From Macrostomum lignano (lineage: Eukaryota), in assembly GCA_002269645.1 (NCBI GenBank), contig NIVC01001303.1:1-51010 (forward strand): a DNA stretch of 51,010 bases. The letters are read 5' to 3'. The translations under genes were made by a program, and so were the position numbers. The number at the start of each line of letters is the position of its first letter. Position 1 is the first letter of the stretch. The notes beneath the pieces are model-generated. The model made no database searches, was not told the origin of the DNA, and saw only the letters and a list, made by a program, of their open reading frames with translations. Shown piece by piece: positions 1 through 24,754 of this stretch.

Positions 1-360
1 CCGATTATCATCTCACCGAATCTCATCTCCGAGTCTCATCTCACCAATTTCATATCGTCGAATCTCAACTCATCGAATCTCAACTCATTAAATCTCATCT
101 GACCGAATCTCATCCCACAAAATCGCACCTTACCGAATCTCATCTCACAAATCTCACCTTACCGAATCGAATCTCACCGAATCTCACCTTACCGATCGAA
201 TCTCACTGAATCTCATCTTACCGAATCTTATCTCACCGAATCTCACCTTACGAATCTCATCTCACGATCTCACCTTAGAATCGAATCTCACCGAATCTCA
301 TCTCACTGAATCTCATCTCACCGAATCTCAACTCACCGAATCTCATCTCACAGAATCTCT
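1..360. repeat. Degenerate ~15-bp minisatellite (TCTCACCGAATCTCA-like), truncated by window start
   Basis: Repeated ATCTCACCGAATCTC motifs with indels throughout 1-360. Confidence 0.9.
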
Positions 361-987
361 CTATCGCCGACATCCTCTCATGTTTTGTTGAGACCACCTG
401 ACTGTGCTCAGAGAAAATTATTGTCTTCTAATTGATTTTTCACAACCAACGGCAGTCTTATTCGCAGTTTCCAGCTGTGCTGCTGTATCTAAGAACTACA
501 AATAAGCACAGATATTTTTTCACACCTGCTCTACTTAAGAATCTTATCACCTCCCCCCTCAAAATTCATTCAATAGAAGTTGCCAAGCGGTCTTTTTGGA
601 CCTCTATAATCTTATTGCGTTCGCGCCTTTTAAAAAAGCCAAAATCTTTAAGCAACATAAGAAGCAGGTGCCAATTGCTGTCCGCAACCAACAATTGCTA
701 AAAACAGCGGTACTCAAGTTTAATCCTGTCTGTAAAAAGGAAGATTGAATTTGCAACCACTTTTTAGCACCTTATTACCATGCAGTTTGCATTGGTTTGT
801 CCTTAAAAATTCTCTTTTTAATAACGTTCTACGACAGATACGAGCTAAAGACAAAGTAGAATATATTTAAAACGTTTTTCTGTTGATTGTAAGAATTTAA
901 ATGTACTTGTACAGTGTAAATGGAAATCCATATTGTAAATCATATTTTTTTTCTTAAAGGTACATTCTACATGTAATACTATGCAAT

Positions 988-1283
988 TTCAGGCTAGTGG
1001 ACTAGTGTTTAGAGTTTCAGACTCACTACTGAAAGGTGGTGGGTTCGATTCCCGATCCCACCGGAACAATTTGTGTCCTGGAGTAAGACAACTCTACATT
1101 GCTTGAGTTCATCCAGTTGTAAAATGGGTGCCAACATTATTAGCTGGGGGGTAATTGAGGGTGGGTTTCGCGACCCCCCAGTCCTTGGATTCAACAGCCG
1201 TACGCAGCCTTCAGATGCACCGCGCAAATAGCTGTCGGTGAGCTGTCGATTGCACATCTGCTTGTTAGGGCAGGTGTAAAAAA
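988..1283 (+). mobile_element. tRNA-derived SINE (~295 bp) with CORE-like central segment, A-tail and 10-bp target-site duplication
   Basis: A-box-like TGGACTAGTGT (~998-1008) and B-box GGTTCGATTCC (1042-1052). Central TGTGTCCTGGAGTAAGACA...TGTAAAATGGG resembles CORE/MIR-type SINE bodies. A7 tail at 1278-1284. ACTATGCAAT flanks both sides (978-987 and 1284-1293). Confidence 0.75.
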
Positions 1284-2902
1284 ACTATGCAATACAGTTG
1301 TATACATTGTACATGTAATGCCACACTACATGTGTACTCGTACATAAATGTACATGTAATACCCAGGACTACTCAAGTAACATATATATAGGACGCTACA
1401 CTCGAAATCTATGGTAAATGTTTTGAAGGCAACTATTCGCCGAAAAATACACTACAGAGATAGGAGGTTTTAATTTTTTCAGCACAAAAATTGTTATTGC
1501 TTTCGATAGGAGGCAGATCCTGTGTTCATCTTTTGATATGTTGTGCCTTTCTTATTGTTCTATCGATATTTATAAAGCTTTACGTTCAGAAATAGTTTTA
1601 AAGGCAGGTTTCACCGGAAAAATACACTACGGAGATAAGAAATTTCACGATTTTCAACACTAAAACAGTGATTGGGTCGATCTTAAGAAAACTGCCTTGT
1701 TCCCCTACCCTATTTTTATTCTACACATACATTTTGTATCGAAATGAAGAGAAGCTCAAACGTTACTACATGTATATAACTCTAGATATATTTCTTCAGT
1801 AGTAATATATATATATATATACAGTACGTAAACACGTACATTTATGGGTTGCTATGGAGTCTACATGTATATAACTTACATTCATTTATGCACCATGGAA
1901 ATTAAAGTAAAAACAGCGCATGTACATATGTGAGTAGTTCTACCAAAGTTCTACAACAATATATGCATGTATTTTTAGAAGAGGCGCTGAAAAGGCGCCA
2001 AAAGATGGATTGCTGCAATCGTCAGCAATTAAAAAAGTGCTTTTTTCGTGCCCTAAAAAATCTTCGCGATCGAAGCTCTTCATGATCAGTGCATGTATAA
2101 GAAAAACCTTGGGTAAAGATGTAGCGGAAATTAATGGAGAAAGCGCCGCGGAACACTTTTAAAATAAGGGGGAAGAATCATTAAAATTTTCAATCACTAT
2201 AAAAAATTCTCTTTTTCGGGAACGCTTTTTTTGCGCAACAGTCGAGATTTGAGCGGTAATTATTTTAGCGCTACAGACACGTAAATTTGAGATCCCATAA
2301 ACGCGAAGCAGATATGAGATTTTGTGTTACTTTGGTACCTTTGGTACCACAAGAATGACTTGTATTGGCTCCTGGATACCTTTGAGAACATCTGTGTCTA
2401 ATTGACCTTTCCCTACCCTACACATATTCACGACCCAATTGCTGGCAGTCGAGCAAATTACATGATATATAGAGATGAGAGCTGAAGCACATATACACCG
2501 TGCCTCCTATCTTAATAGCAAGGGGCAGCTGTCCATCTGGCCCTGTTCCGTAAGACCGCAACTATTAATTTAAATTAGTAAAATTAGGAACGTCTATTAA
2601 GGTAATGATTGCGTTATTAACATATATCGCACAAATTACATTGCCACCGACTGTGAAACTTCGGTAATATCTGTCGTCAAACTTCACTTGATTGCTAGCA
2701 TATTTATTTGTTGCAGAAAGTAGGAATTAGTTAGCGCATTTGGTGATTATTAACAATAAGCGTAATTTTAGTGGAAAATGTTTATAATTTTTGTTATATC
2801 TGAAAAAATTAAAAAGTACGCGGTTGCTTGTTTTCTGTTATTTGTCTAGAAATTTAATAATTGCTAGTGATGCATTTTCGACGCCGTATACCACAAATTG
2901 AT

Positions 2903-13921
<11,019 letters not shown>

Positions 13922-14135
13922 CTAATGAGTTTTGTCCAGCTACTGTGACCAGATGGGAAAGGGGATTAGCGGCGCTGTTTTGTTGACAACATTTATATAG
14001 CATATATATATATACCTACACACTTATGCATACGTGTGTGTGTGTTTGTTTGTTTTTTTGTTTCTGGTCTATGGGTGTTGTCGATTTTTTATTAGTGAGG
14101 CGCGCAGCTCAGCGCAATTCAAGTCGTCAGTGCGT

Positions 14136-14141
14136 ATTAAA
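14136..14141 (+). promoter_or_regulatory. Possible polyadenylation signal (ATTAAA) for macoilin
   Basis: ATTAAA about 215 nt after the stop codon; motif and position only. Confidence 0.25.
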
Positions 14142-14559
14142 AGATTAGTTCGGTCTTGCCGATATGTAGAGTAATATACTTTATAAAGCGGTAAAAACAA
14201 CCTCAATTTAGGCCGAATTTTTCATCACTTGCTACTTACAACGCAAAAAAGTAGTAGTCAGTTTCGAATTTTGCGCTGCGGCTAAATGTTTTTCTATTCT
14301 AAGAATTGTGACTACTGCCGCCTATTGTAGTTTAATTAATGTAGATTAAACAGCAGCTGACTTAGTCTTTGTAGTGTATCGGTCCTTAATCCCCTCCTCC
14401 CAACAGTTGCTCGTGTTCCCCACCCGTCCTCTATTATGTACTTTTGTGATTGCTAACGGCCGTTGGGTTATTAATGAAATTAATTCGGTCAGCTCGTTTT
14501 ATTTTTTAAGCGTCACTGGTTTTCTTGATGACGTGGGTGAAATTTGTTTGGAAGCTTAA

Positions 14560-15530
14560 ACTGGGGGGCAGTGGCCTCTGAAGCATCTGGGGGAGGGGGG
14601 AAAGGGGCCCTCTGAAGCATCTGGGGGATGGGCAGCGGCCTCTGAAGCATCTGGAGAGGGAAGTCAGCGGCCTCTGAAGCATCTGGAAGGGGGCAGCGGC
14701 CTCTGAACCATTTGGGCGAGGGGGCAGCGGCCACTGAAGCATCTGGGGAGGGGGCAGCGGCCTCTGAAGCATCTGGGGAGGGGGCAGCGGCCTCTGAAGC
14801 ATCTGGAGGAGGGAGTCCGCCTCTGAAGCATCTGGAAGGGGGCAGCGGCCTCTGAACCATTTGGGCGAGGGGGCAGCGGCCACTGAAGCATTTGGGGGAT
14901 GGGCAGCGGCCTCTGAAGCATCTGGAGGGGGAGTCAGCGGCCTCTGAAGCATCTGGAATGGGGCAGCGGCCTCTGAACCATTTGGGCGAGGGGGCAGCGG
15001 CCACTGAAGCATCTGGGGAGGGGGCGGGGCAGCGGCCACTGAACCATTTGGGCGAGGGGGCAGCGGCCTCTGAACCATTTGGGCGAGGGGGCAGCGGCCT
15101 CTGAACCATTTGGGCGAGGGGCAGCGGCCACTGAAGCATCTGGGCGAGGGGCAGCGGCCACTGAAGCATCTGGGGAGGGGCGCAGCGGCCACTGAAGCAT
15201 CTGGGGAGGGGCGGGGCAGCGGCCACTGAAGCATCTGGGGAGGGGCGGGGCAGCGGCCACTGAAGCATCTGGGGAGGGGGGGGGCAGCGGCCACTGAAGC
15301 ATCTGGGGAGGGGCAGCGGCCACTGAAGCATCTGGGGAGGGGCGGGGCAGCGGCCTGAAGCCATTTGGGGAGGGGGCAGCGGCCTCTGAACCATTTGGGC
15401 GAGGGGCAGCGGCCACTGAAGCATCTGGGGAGGGGCAGCAGCCACTGAAGCATCTGGGGGGGAGTCAGCGGCCTCTGAAGCATCTGGGGGGGAGTCAGCG
15501 GCCTCTGAAGCATCTGGGGGAGGGGGGGCA
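14560..15530. repeat. ~30-32-bp GC-rich minisatellite ([30 protein letters not shown])
   Basis: About 30 units with variable G-run lengths; source of the PQMLQRPLP ORFs. Confidence 0.95.
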
Positions 15531-16198
15531 GCCCAGTGTTTATCAATTTAACTGAACAGAGTCCGTTTGAAGCTGACAAGCCGTTTGATATTATATCATT
15601 AATAGCTGACAATAATGTTTATACTGTTACTGAATTGCACATTTGCAGCAGTGTTTGTGTTAGTTTACTGTCTATCTGTTATTTTGGTTCGCCTTTTTTA
15701 CACTGCGGGCTGGCTTCAAACTCTAAGTGGCTGGCGGGTCCGCAGCTCCTGCAGCCTCAGCTCCTCTCACTGTCTCTCTTGACGCAGCCAGCCTCCCGCA
15801 AATCCCGAGATGTTGTGTCCGTCTGTCAGTCTCTATTTGGCGTTGTCACGGCCCCCTGCCCCCCCCCCCCCTAAACAGTCAATCTAGTCGACCACTTGTT
15901 GTTATATTTAAAATTATTTAACAAAAACATATGAATAATATGTATGTAATTATATACAGTAAAAGCTATTGCTAACAAATACTGTTATGTTCTACACGCG
16001 CGTACGTATTTATCTGTTTTGTGTATACCGTATAAAACTTTTGGGGGTCCCGTATTTACTAATTGGATAATTATTTGTAAATTGCACACGAGAGATCATT
16101 TAGCGGCAGCTCACCTGTCTGACATTGCGGGTCATTGAGGGCCAGATAAATAATTCAGCTCATGGCTGCGGGCCAGGTAGGAGAGAAGATGGTGAGAG

Positions 16199-16203
<5 letters not shown>

Positions 16204-16258
<55 letters not shown>
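16204..16258. repeat. (GA)n microsatellite
   Basis: Pure GA run. Confidence 0.95.
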
Positions 16259-16261
<3 letters not shown>

Positions 16262-16341
16262 GGACGAGGCGAGGAAAGAGGGAGGGAAGAAGAGAGGGGA
16301 GAGAAGAGAAAAGTGGAGGGGAAGAAGATGGAAGAGAAGAA

Positions 16342-16970
16342 CAGAGAAAAATGAGACAAGAGATGAGAGAGAAGATAAGAGCAGATAAAAATGAGACAAG
16401 AGATGAGAGAGAAGATAAGAGCAGATAAAAATGAGACAAGAGATGAGAGAGAAGATAAGAGCAGAGAAAAATGAGACAAGAGATGAGAGAGAAGATAAGA
16501 GCAGATAAAAATGAGACAAGAGATGAGAGAGAAGATAAGAGCAGAGAAAAATGAGACAAGAGATGAGAGAGAAGATAAGAGCAGAGAAAAATGAGACAAG
16601 AGATGAGAGAGAAGATAAGAGCAGAGAAAAATGAGACAAGAGATGAGAGAGAAGATAAGAGCAGAGAAAAATGAGACAAGAGATGAGAGAGAAGATAAGA
16701 GCAGAGAAAAATGAGACAAGAGATGAGAGAGAAGATAAGAGCAGAGAAAAATGAGACAAGAGATGAGAGAGAAGATAAGAGCAGAGAAAAATGAGACAAG
16801 AGATGAGAGAGAAGATAAGAGCAGATAAAAATGAGACAAGAGATGAGAGAGAAGATAAGAGCAGATAAAAATGAGACAAGAGATGAGAGAGAAGATAAGA
16901 GCAGATAAAAATGAGACAAGAGATGAGAGAGAAGATAAGAGCAGATAAATATGAGACAAGAGATGAGAGA
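16342..16970. repeat. 40-bp purine-rich minisatellite (GCAGAKAAAAATGAGACAAGAGATGAGAGAGAAGATAAGA)
   Basis: About 15-16 near-identical units differing essentially at one G/T site. Confidence 0.97.
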
Positions 16971-17564
16971 CACAAACCCTGAGCAGGCCGCATTGCTATT
17001 GTGCAGTTTCAAAGCACCCGAGTGCCGGACAGAGGCTGCACAGGCCGGAGTGTGCCGTCCCTTGGTCTAAAAAATTTGCTTATCTGAGGAAAGCAGGCGG
17101 ACAAGAAGATTATGAAGGCAGTTCTTTTTTACTTAAACGGCAATTCGAAGTGTCGCTTGTTGCAGAAAAAAAGCGAAATCTTGCTACCAGCATTGTTTTG
17201 ATTTTATCTGCTTCGAAAGAATTGTGTTTCTCTCTCTTGAGTTAAATTATTATTTTTTCTATTTCAATTTTTCTCTTAAAAAGAAGCAGTTCCGTGTGTC
17301 GTTGCTTTTCCCACCCAGTTCGATGGCAACAAATATTAATTAACAAAACCGACTTGAGGCAAAATTTTCTTGTTTAAAATATGGAAGCTTCTGAGCTGGG
17401 AAAAACGTTTTTAATACAGATATCTAAATATAAATAAACGCTTTTATTTGTGTAACTAGTTGTATTTTCTGGTTTTCCCCCGTAACTATGTAACCTATCA
17501 ATTCTGTTGCAAATTCAATTCTCCTTTGTCTTTGCTTTTCTTGCGAGTCTGGAAAGGTATTTCT

Positions 17565-18790
17565 GTGTTTTGGTGTGTTTTAAGGTGTTTTGGGGTATTT
17601 TGGTGTGTTTGTGGTATTTTGGTGTGTTTTGGGGTATTCTTGGTGTGTTTTGGCGTATTTTGGTGTGTTTTGGGATATTTTGGTGTGTTTTGGCGTATTT
17701 TGGTGTGTTTTGGGGTATTTTGGTGTGTTTTGGCGTATTTTGGTGTGTTTTGGGGTATTTTGGTGTGTTTGTGGTATTTTGGTGTGTTTTGGGGTATTTT
17801 GGTGTGTTTTGGGGTATTTTGGTGTGTTTTGGGGTATTCTTGGTGTGTTTTGGCGTATTTTGGTGTGTTTTGGGGTATTTTGGTGTGTTTTGGCGTATTT
17901 TGGTGTGTTTTGGGGTATTTTGGTGTGTTTTGGCGTATTTTGGTGTGTTTTGGCGTATTTTGGTGTGTTTTGGGGTATTTTGGTGTGTTTTGGCGTATTT
18001 TGGTGTGTTTTGGGGTATTTTGGTGTGTTTTGGGATATTTTGGTGTGTTTGTGGTATTTTGGTGTGTTTTGGGATATTTTGGTGTGTTTCGTGGTATTTT
18101 GGTGTGTTTTGGCGTATTTTGGTGTGTTTTGGGGTATTTTGGTGTGTTTTGGCGTATTTTGGGGTTTTTGGGTATTTTGGTGTGTTTGTGGTATTTTGGT
18201 GTGTTTTGCGGTATTTTGGTGTGTTTGTGGTATTTTAGTGTGTTTGTGCTATTTTGGTGTGTTTTGGCGTATTTTGGTGTGTTTTGGGGTATTTTGGTGT
18301 GTTTGTGGTATTTTGGTGTGTTTTGGTATTTTGGTGTGTTTGGTGGGTTTTTGGTATTTTGGTATTTTGGTGTGTTTTGGGGTATTTTGGTGTATTTGTG
18401 GTATTTTGGTGTGTTTGTGGTATTTTGGTGTGTTTTGGCGTATTTTGGTGTGTTTTGGGGTATTTTGGTGTGTTTTGTGGTATTTTGGTGTGTTTTGGGG
18501 TATTTTGGTGTGTTTGTGGTATTTTGGTGTGTTTTGGGGTATTTTGGTGTGTTTGTGGTATTTTGGTGTGTTTTGGGGTATTTTGGTGTTTGTGGTATTT
18601 TAGTGTGTTTGTGGTATTTTGGTGTGTTTTGGCGTATTTTGGTGTGTTTTGGGGTATTTTGATGTGTTTGTGGTATTTTGGTGTGTTTTGGCGTATTTTG
18701 GTGTTTGTGGTATTTTGGTGTGTTTTGGGGTATTTTGGTGTGTTTTGGAATATTTTGGTGTGTTTTGTGGTATTTTGGTGTGTTTTGTGG
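17565..18790. repeat. 19-20-bp T/G-rich minisatellite (TATTTTGGTGTGTTTTGGGG/GGCG)
   Basis: About 60 units, strongly strand-asymmetric. Confidence 0.96.
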
Positions 18791-18884
18791 TGGCTTTAGG
18801 GTGGTTTTTGGTATTTTTGTGTTTTGGGATATTTTTATGCTTTGGTATATTTTTGTGTTTTGCGGTACATTGGTTTTTGCTTGA

Positions 18885-19566
18885 TTGAGGTGGCATTGGT
18901 GTGCTTGACTGGGGGCATTGGTGTGCTTGATTGGGGTGGCATTGGTGTGCTTGATTGGGGTGGCATTGGTGTGCTTGATTGGGGTGGCATTGGTGTGCTT
19001 GATTGGGGTGGCATTGGTGTGCTTGATTGGGGGCATTGGTGTGCTTGATTGGGGTGGCATTGGTGTGCTTGATTGGGGTGGCATTGGTGTGCTTGATTGG
19101 GGTGGCATTGGTGTGCTTGATTGGGGTGGCATTGGTGTGCTTGATTGGGGTGGCATTGGTGTGCTTGATTGGGGTGGCATTGGTGTGCTTGATTGGGGTG
19201 GCATTGGTGTGCTTGATTGGGGGCATTGGTGTGCTTGATTGGGGTGGCATTGGTGTGCTTGATTGGGGTGGCATTGGTGTGCTTGATTGGGGTGGCATTG
19301 GTGTGCTTGATTGGGGTGGCATTGGTGTGCTTGATTGGGGTGGCATTGGTGTGCTTGATTGGGGTGGCATTGGTGTGCTTGATTGGGGTGGCATTGGTGT
19401 GCTTGATTGGGGTGGCATTGGTGTGCTTGATTGGGGGCATTGGTGTGCTTGATTGGGGTGGCATTGGTGTGCTTGATTGGGGTGGCATTGGTGTGCTTGA
19501 TTGGGGTGGCATTGGTGTGCTTGATTGGGGTGGCATTGGTGTGCTTGATTGGGGCATTGGTGTGCT
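18885..19566. repeat. 24-bp minisatellite (GATTGGGGTGGCATTGGTGTGCTT)
   Basis: About 28 units; occasional units with a 3-bp deletion. Confidence 0.97.
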
Positions 19567-19994
19567 TGTTGAATTTTTAACTATTCGTACTTGCTTTAGT
19601 ATTTACACTTTGTATCAACTCTTTATTCACAAGTCAGAACTGCAAAGGAAGTCTTTTTAACTTTTTCCGGCTTCAGAAGTGTTTCTCAAATATTAATATT
19701 CATACATCTTTAAGCGAAACTGCTTCGTGTGGGGTCGGCAGGGTGGCTGCAGTCTGCTGAGTTAAGGTGTAAATATCGGTGTGTGGGAAAGAAGTTGAGT
19801 GGTAATCTGCCTTCTGGGTGGTTGGCACTGGCTGCCTGTTGCCGCGGAATGCAGAACACAACAGAACTCAATGTGAGTTCACCTCGTAAGCAAAAATTGT
19901 ATTCCTATTATACCTCAAAGTACCCTGTAGTTCATCTGCACTTTTGCGCATGCTATCTTACTAGCATGTAAGAAGTTTCATGTGTGGCTCCAGG

Positions 19995-20275
19995 ATGTTC
20001 AGTGACGGGTCATTCCATAGTGACGGGTCATTCCATTGTGACAGGTCATTCCATAGTGACAGGTCATTCCAAAGTGACAGGTCATTCCAAAGTGACGGGT
20101 CATTCCATTGTGACAGGTCATTCCATAGTGACAGGTCATTCCAAAGTGACAGGTCATTCTAAAGTGACAGGTCATTCCATAGTGACGGGTCATTCCAAAG
20201 TGACAGGTCATTCCATAGTGACAGGTCATTCCATAGTGACGGGTCATTCCAAAGTGACAGGTCATTCCAAAGTGA
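19995..20275. repeat. 18-bp minisatellite (GTGACRGGTCATTCCAWA)
   Basis: About 15 units. Confidence 0.95.
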
Positions 20276-20654
20276 CGCTTTATAATACGCGTCGCGCAAC
20301 ACTGGATGAAGTGTTGGCTCTTGCGCACAAACCCTTGAACTTGGCAGCTCGTCCACCATTGGCCTGCACTTTCTCGGCCTGGCAGCCAATGAGAATCGGC
20401 CTCGAGCCTCTTTTTAGGTTTAATTCCGTGTGTGCAATAATATACAAAACGTGATCTGCTTTGCTGAACTCCTGCCTAAGTTCTGAGACATCCTAAAACC
20501 TGGATAGATATACACGTTACAGAAACGAACAAATTTAAGGCTACTGTAAAACTGGTGCTAGGTACAAGGTGAGTGATTTATAACATGCTATAAATATTTA
20601 TATTGATTTATTATAATTTATAAACATTAAGTCTACTGGTGCCACACCCTAATC

Positions 20655-20915
20655 GATCCATATCTGCTGTCTACTTTGTCTACCAATGCCACACTACTCG
20701 ATCCATATCCGCTGTCTACTTTGTCTACCAATGACACACTCTACTCGATCCATATCCGCTGTCTACTTTGTCTACCAATGCCACACTCTACTTGATCCAT
20801 ATCCGCTGTCTACTTTGTCTACCAATGCCACACTCTACTCGATCCATATCCGCTGTCTACTTTGTCTACCAATGACACACTCTACTCGATCCATATCCGC
20901 TGTCTACTTTGTCTA
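20655..20915. repeat. 47-bp minisatellite (GATCCATATCCGCTGTCTACTTTGTCTACCAATGCCACACTCTACTC)
   Basis: About 5.5 units; ATCCATATCC recurs at 20701 and 20748. Confidence 0.93.
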
Positions 20916-21424
20916 CTATAGCACCACCTCTCTCCTTATAGTCTACAAAATGGATTCCAAAAATTTCCCAAAATCCATCCTTCAGTTCGAATTCCATTTG
21001 AGCTACGATTTAATCAAAGGTTACAGCCCTGTCCGTAGTAGGGTTTAAAAGGGAAAAACTAGAAACTTTTATCGTTGAGCCCTAGTATCAAGCAAACATG
21101 ACTCATACTCAAAATATCCCTCTTTAATTTTCTGCTCGTGGGGTTGTGGAATCGCGGAAGTTCCTCCCAACTCCACTGACCCCCTCCAAGAATCCGAAGC
21201 AGCGAAGAAGAGAATTCGGTTACCAAGTTAATTTGCATATTGTATTGGTTGCATCGGACCTGCTCTCTCGATCTTGTCGGGGTTACAGAAGCAGCCATGT
21301 TAGCATTTACCTGACAGTTATTTACATTGGTGTAACTGGAGCTGGCTCAGGCTTTCCACTGTCTCCAACTCACTGGGAAACAAAGGGTAGCTTATATAAC
21401 TTATGTTGCGTGTCTAATCTCACT

Positions 21425-21660
21425 TCTGACCCCTTCTGAATATCTTAATCTCACTCCTGACCGCTTCTGAATATCTAATCTCACGCCTGACCGCTTCTGA
21501 ATATCTAATCTCACTCCTGACCCTTCTGAATATCTAATCTTACTCTTGATCCCTACGTAGTGTCTAATCTCACTACTACCGACCCTTCTGAATATCTAAT
21601 CTCACTACTGACCTTTATAGGTATCTAATCTCACTCCTGACTCTCAAATCTCACTCCTAG
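21425..21660. repeat. ~30-bp minisatellite (CCGCTTCTGAATATCTAATCTCACTCCTGA), decaying 3'
   Basis: CCGCTTCTGA at 21461 and 21491; later copies degenerate. Confidence 0.88.
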
Positions 21661-22364
21661 GTGTCTCATCTCTGTTATACTTGGGTCTCGTCTCAATTAA
21701 ACTAAGTGTCTATCTCACTTGTGCTTAATCTACAATCTCATCTTCTGTGCTATGTCCGTCGGAATGTTTTCAGACATTCCCGACAGTTCTGTGGCTATAT
21801 CTAGATACTGTTACGCAACAATGCACCAGTAAGAATGTGGTTGGCCAGTACCATAAAAATTACGCTAAACCTTGGGGTCGTACATCATCTAAAAAAACTG
21901 CTGGTCTGTTGGCATTTCGTGGGAAAAAATTCTCTTTTTATTCGTGTAGCTCTCGTGGCTACGTAAAGTTGAAATTGTTTAACCAAAATCATACGAAACA
22001 AAAATGCAAGTCTTTGTTTAATAGGAGATCTACCCTGGTCTTTGTCTTGGTGAATAGCGACAGCGGCTGCGCTAATATTTACAAGTAGATGGCACGATAT
22101 ATGATATTCGCTGGGCAGTTGGGCTGTCTCATAAAATTTTAGCCATATTTGAGTCGGTTGGCAACCGGGCAGAAAGGCCAGAAACTGCTTCGAAAAATGG
22201 CGGATAAAATTCGAGCCTAGGCCAAAATTGGCTATTCGAATTTCTTTTTTATGGGGTTTCAGCTGCTGGGGGGTTTATACGGTTTTTAGTGGGATTAGAG
22301 ATATGCATTAGAAACTTTAATTTGAAATCAGATGAGTATATAGGCGAGGTTAATCATTAGAGGG

Positions 22365-22650
22365 GTGAGATAGACACCGATATGGGTGAGATAGACGTCT
22401 AGATGGGTGAGATAGACATATAGATGGGTGAGATAGACATCTAGATGGGTGAGATAGATATCTGAATCGGTGAGATAGACATCTAGATGGGTGAGATAGA
22501 TATCTGAATCGGTGAGATAGACATCTAGATGGGTGAGATAGACATAGATAAGTGAAATAGACATCTAGATGGGTGAGATAGACATCTAGATGGGTGAGAT
22601 AGATATCTGAATCGGTGAGATAGGCATCTAGATAGGTGAGATAGACATAG
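22365..22650. repeat. 21-bp minisatellite (GGGTGAGATAGACATCTAGAT)
   Basis: About 13 units, alternating with a GATATCTGAATC variant. Confidence 0.93.
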
Positions 22651-23650
22651 AAACCTATAAAAATGATCTCATAGACACAAAGTGGCAGGAACAAACTTTC
22701 AAACCCAAATATTCAAATTTTTGAAACAAAAAGCCCTTAGAACCCAAATTATCCCAAATTCCATTCCCACGATGTCTACAGGTTGCAGTCGGCCACTCTC
22801 TCCAGTACAACAGCCCCCATTCAAGTGTCCTTTCTCTTGTAAACAATGTTGAAAACTGTTTCTTTATCAACTGATTACGTCATCAATGCTTCGGATCAGA
22901 CAAGGTGGGGAGCTATTGAAGGGAGCTCAAATTCGTTGAAAGCTTCCTTGCGAAAGCTGTCAGCCTGCCTGCGGAAGCGGAGCTGTTGATGGAGCCCGTG
23001 GGAGACTGGGGCCTATTGATTCCTCCACCCTTGCTTTGTTCTTGCAGCTCTTGCAGCAGCAAAGGAATGCGAAAAAGAACTTCCTTCCCCAATTGATAAG
23101 GCCGAACGAGGAAGGGTATATCCTCCAGGGTCCTCGGGTCAGTTTTATCCCACCTGTATAGCCTTCCGGCTGTTTGGACCAGATCAGGCTGCGGCTCCCG
23201 CAGCCGCATAAACCAACCAACAATGCCCAGCTATTAATTTGCATCGCTCCCCGCTTGTCTCTGGGATAATTCTGCCAGCCTGCTGGGATTGTTGGCGGAC
23301 AGAGATGTAGGGAACCTCGGTGGGTAGCCGTGTGCCCTGCGCAACCCCCCCCCCCACCTAGGTAACTGTGTGGGTGGCTGGCCCCGATTCCCAGTTAGCG
23401 TTGGTATTGAATTTGAAACAAGGTCGAAAATGACGGAATAAAAATCTTTTTTGGCCAAATTTCGGTCATCTTTGACTGCTAGGCCTGTAGCTGGGATGGG
23501 GGGCTTCTGATGCGTCATTTCGGTGTCTGATTATGAAGGGAACCTCGGCTGACCAGAAAAAAACTGACCGGAGAGGGGAATGGCAGACAGAGGGGGGTGG
23601 ACTGACAGATGCTTAGACAGAGAGTGAGAGAGGGATAAGGAGAGATGCTT

Positions 23651-24038
<388 letters not shown>

Positions 24039-24754
24039 GAGTAGACAGACAGATACACAGACACACAGATACTCGCACACAGAAACACAGAAGGCTATAA
24101 CCAGATAAAAGCCCAGCCCTAACCTGCCCCTGGCACGCAAGCATCAGCTGAGTCAATCTCAATCCAGCAGCAGTTTCAGCCAGAGGAGATGCTTTTAAGC
24201 TGATTGCCGGAGTCACGAACCGCCGCCTCGGCTCTCCCGCCCTTCTCACCCAGCTCGGACCATTTCCAGCTCAAAAATGCCATTCTTCTAGTTTTTAAAA
24301 AAAGCACAGAACACAACTTTCGGTCTAAAAAAAGCCTGGCAGTCAAGTCAGTTAGCAGGTGAATGTTTTGTGCACAGACAGCGGAGACACCTGCTTCTCT
24401 TGTCGCGTCTGCATCAGAGTTGCCTATGGAGTAAAAATAGTGGAAACTTTTTGTTGAACAGCGTGAGCTGCTCTGGCGCTCCATGGGGGTAACAGGAGCA
24501 CGTGTTGGCCTTTTTTTGCAAAGTGCAATAGTCAAGTAGGAAGCAGCTGGATCGAGAGAGGCGAGAAGTTCGTGTCCCTAAGAATATCCTGTTTACAAAC
24601 TCCCCAAGCATTAAAAATCCTCAAGTGTACAAGAGTAATTCCTTGAACTTACAGACAGAGAGCCTCACAAAAGTCTAAATCCCCAAGCTTTGAGAATCCC
24701 AAAAAAGAGTTACAATCCCCTAGTTTCCAAAATGCTCAATTAAATCCCCAATCT

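Noticed and set aside
990-1060. Functional tRNA gene
   Set aside because: A/B boxes are present but I could not fold a full cloverleaf. It continues into a SINE body with an A-tail and TSD.
1443-1676. Two ~57-bp diverged direct repeats (AAAAATACACTAC.GAGATA...) as a mobile-element signature
   Set aside because: The similarity is real but short, and no termini or TSD could be defined.
22913-23209. Minus-strand 98-aa ORF as an exon of a third gene
   Set aside because: No recognisable domain, it lacks the GC3 bias of the real exons, and I could not build a consistent splice chain.
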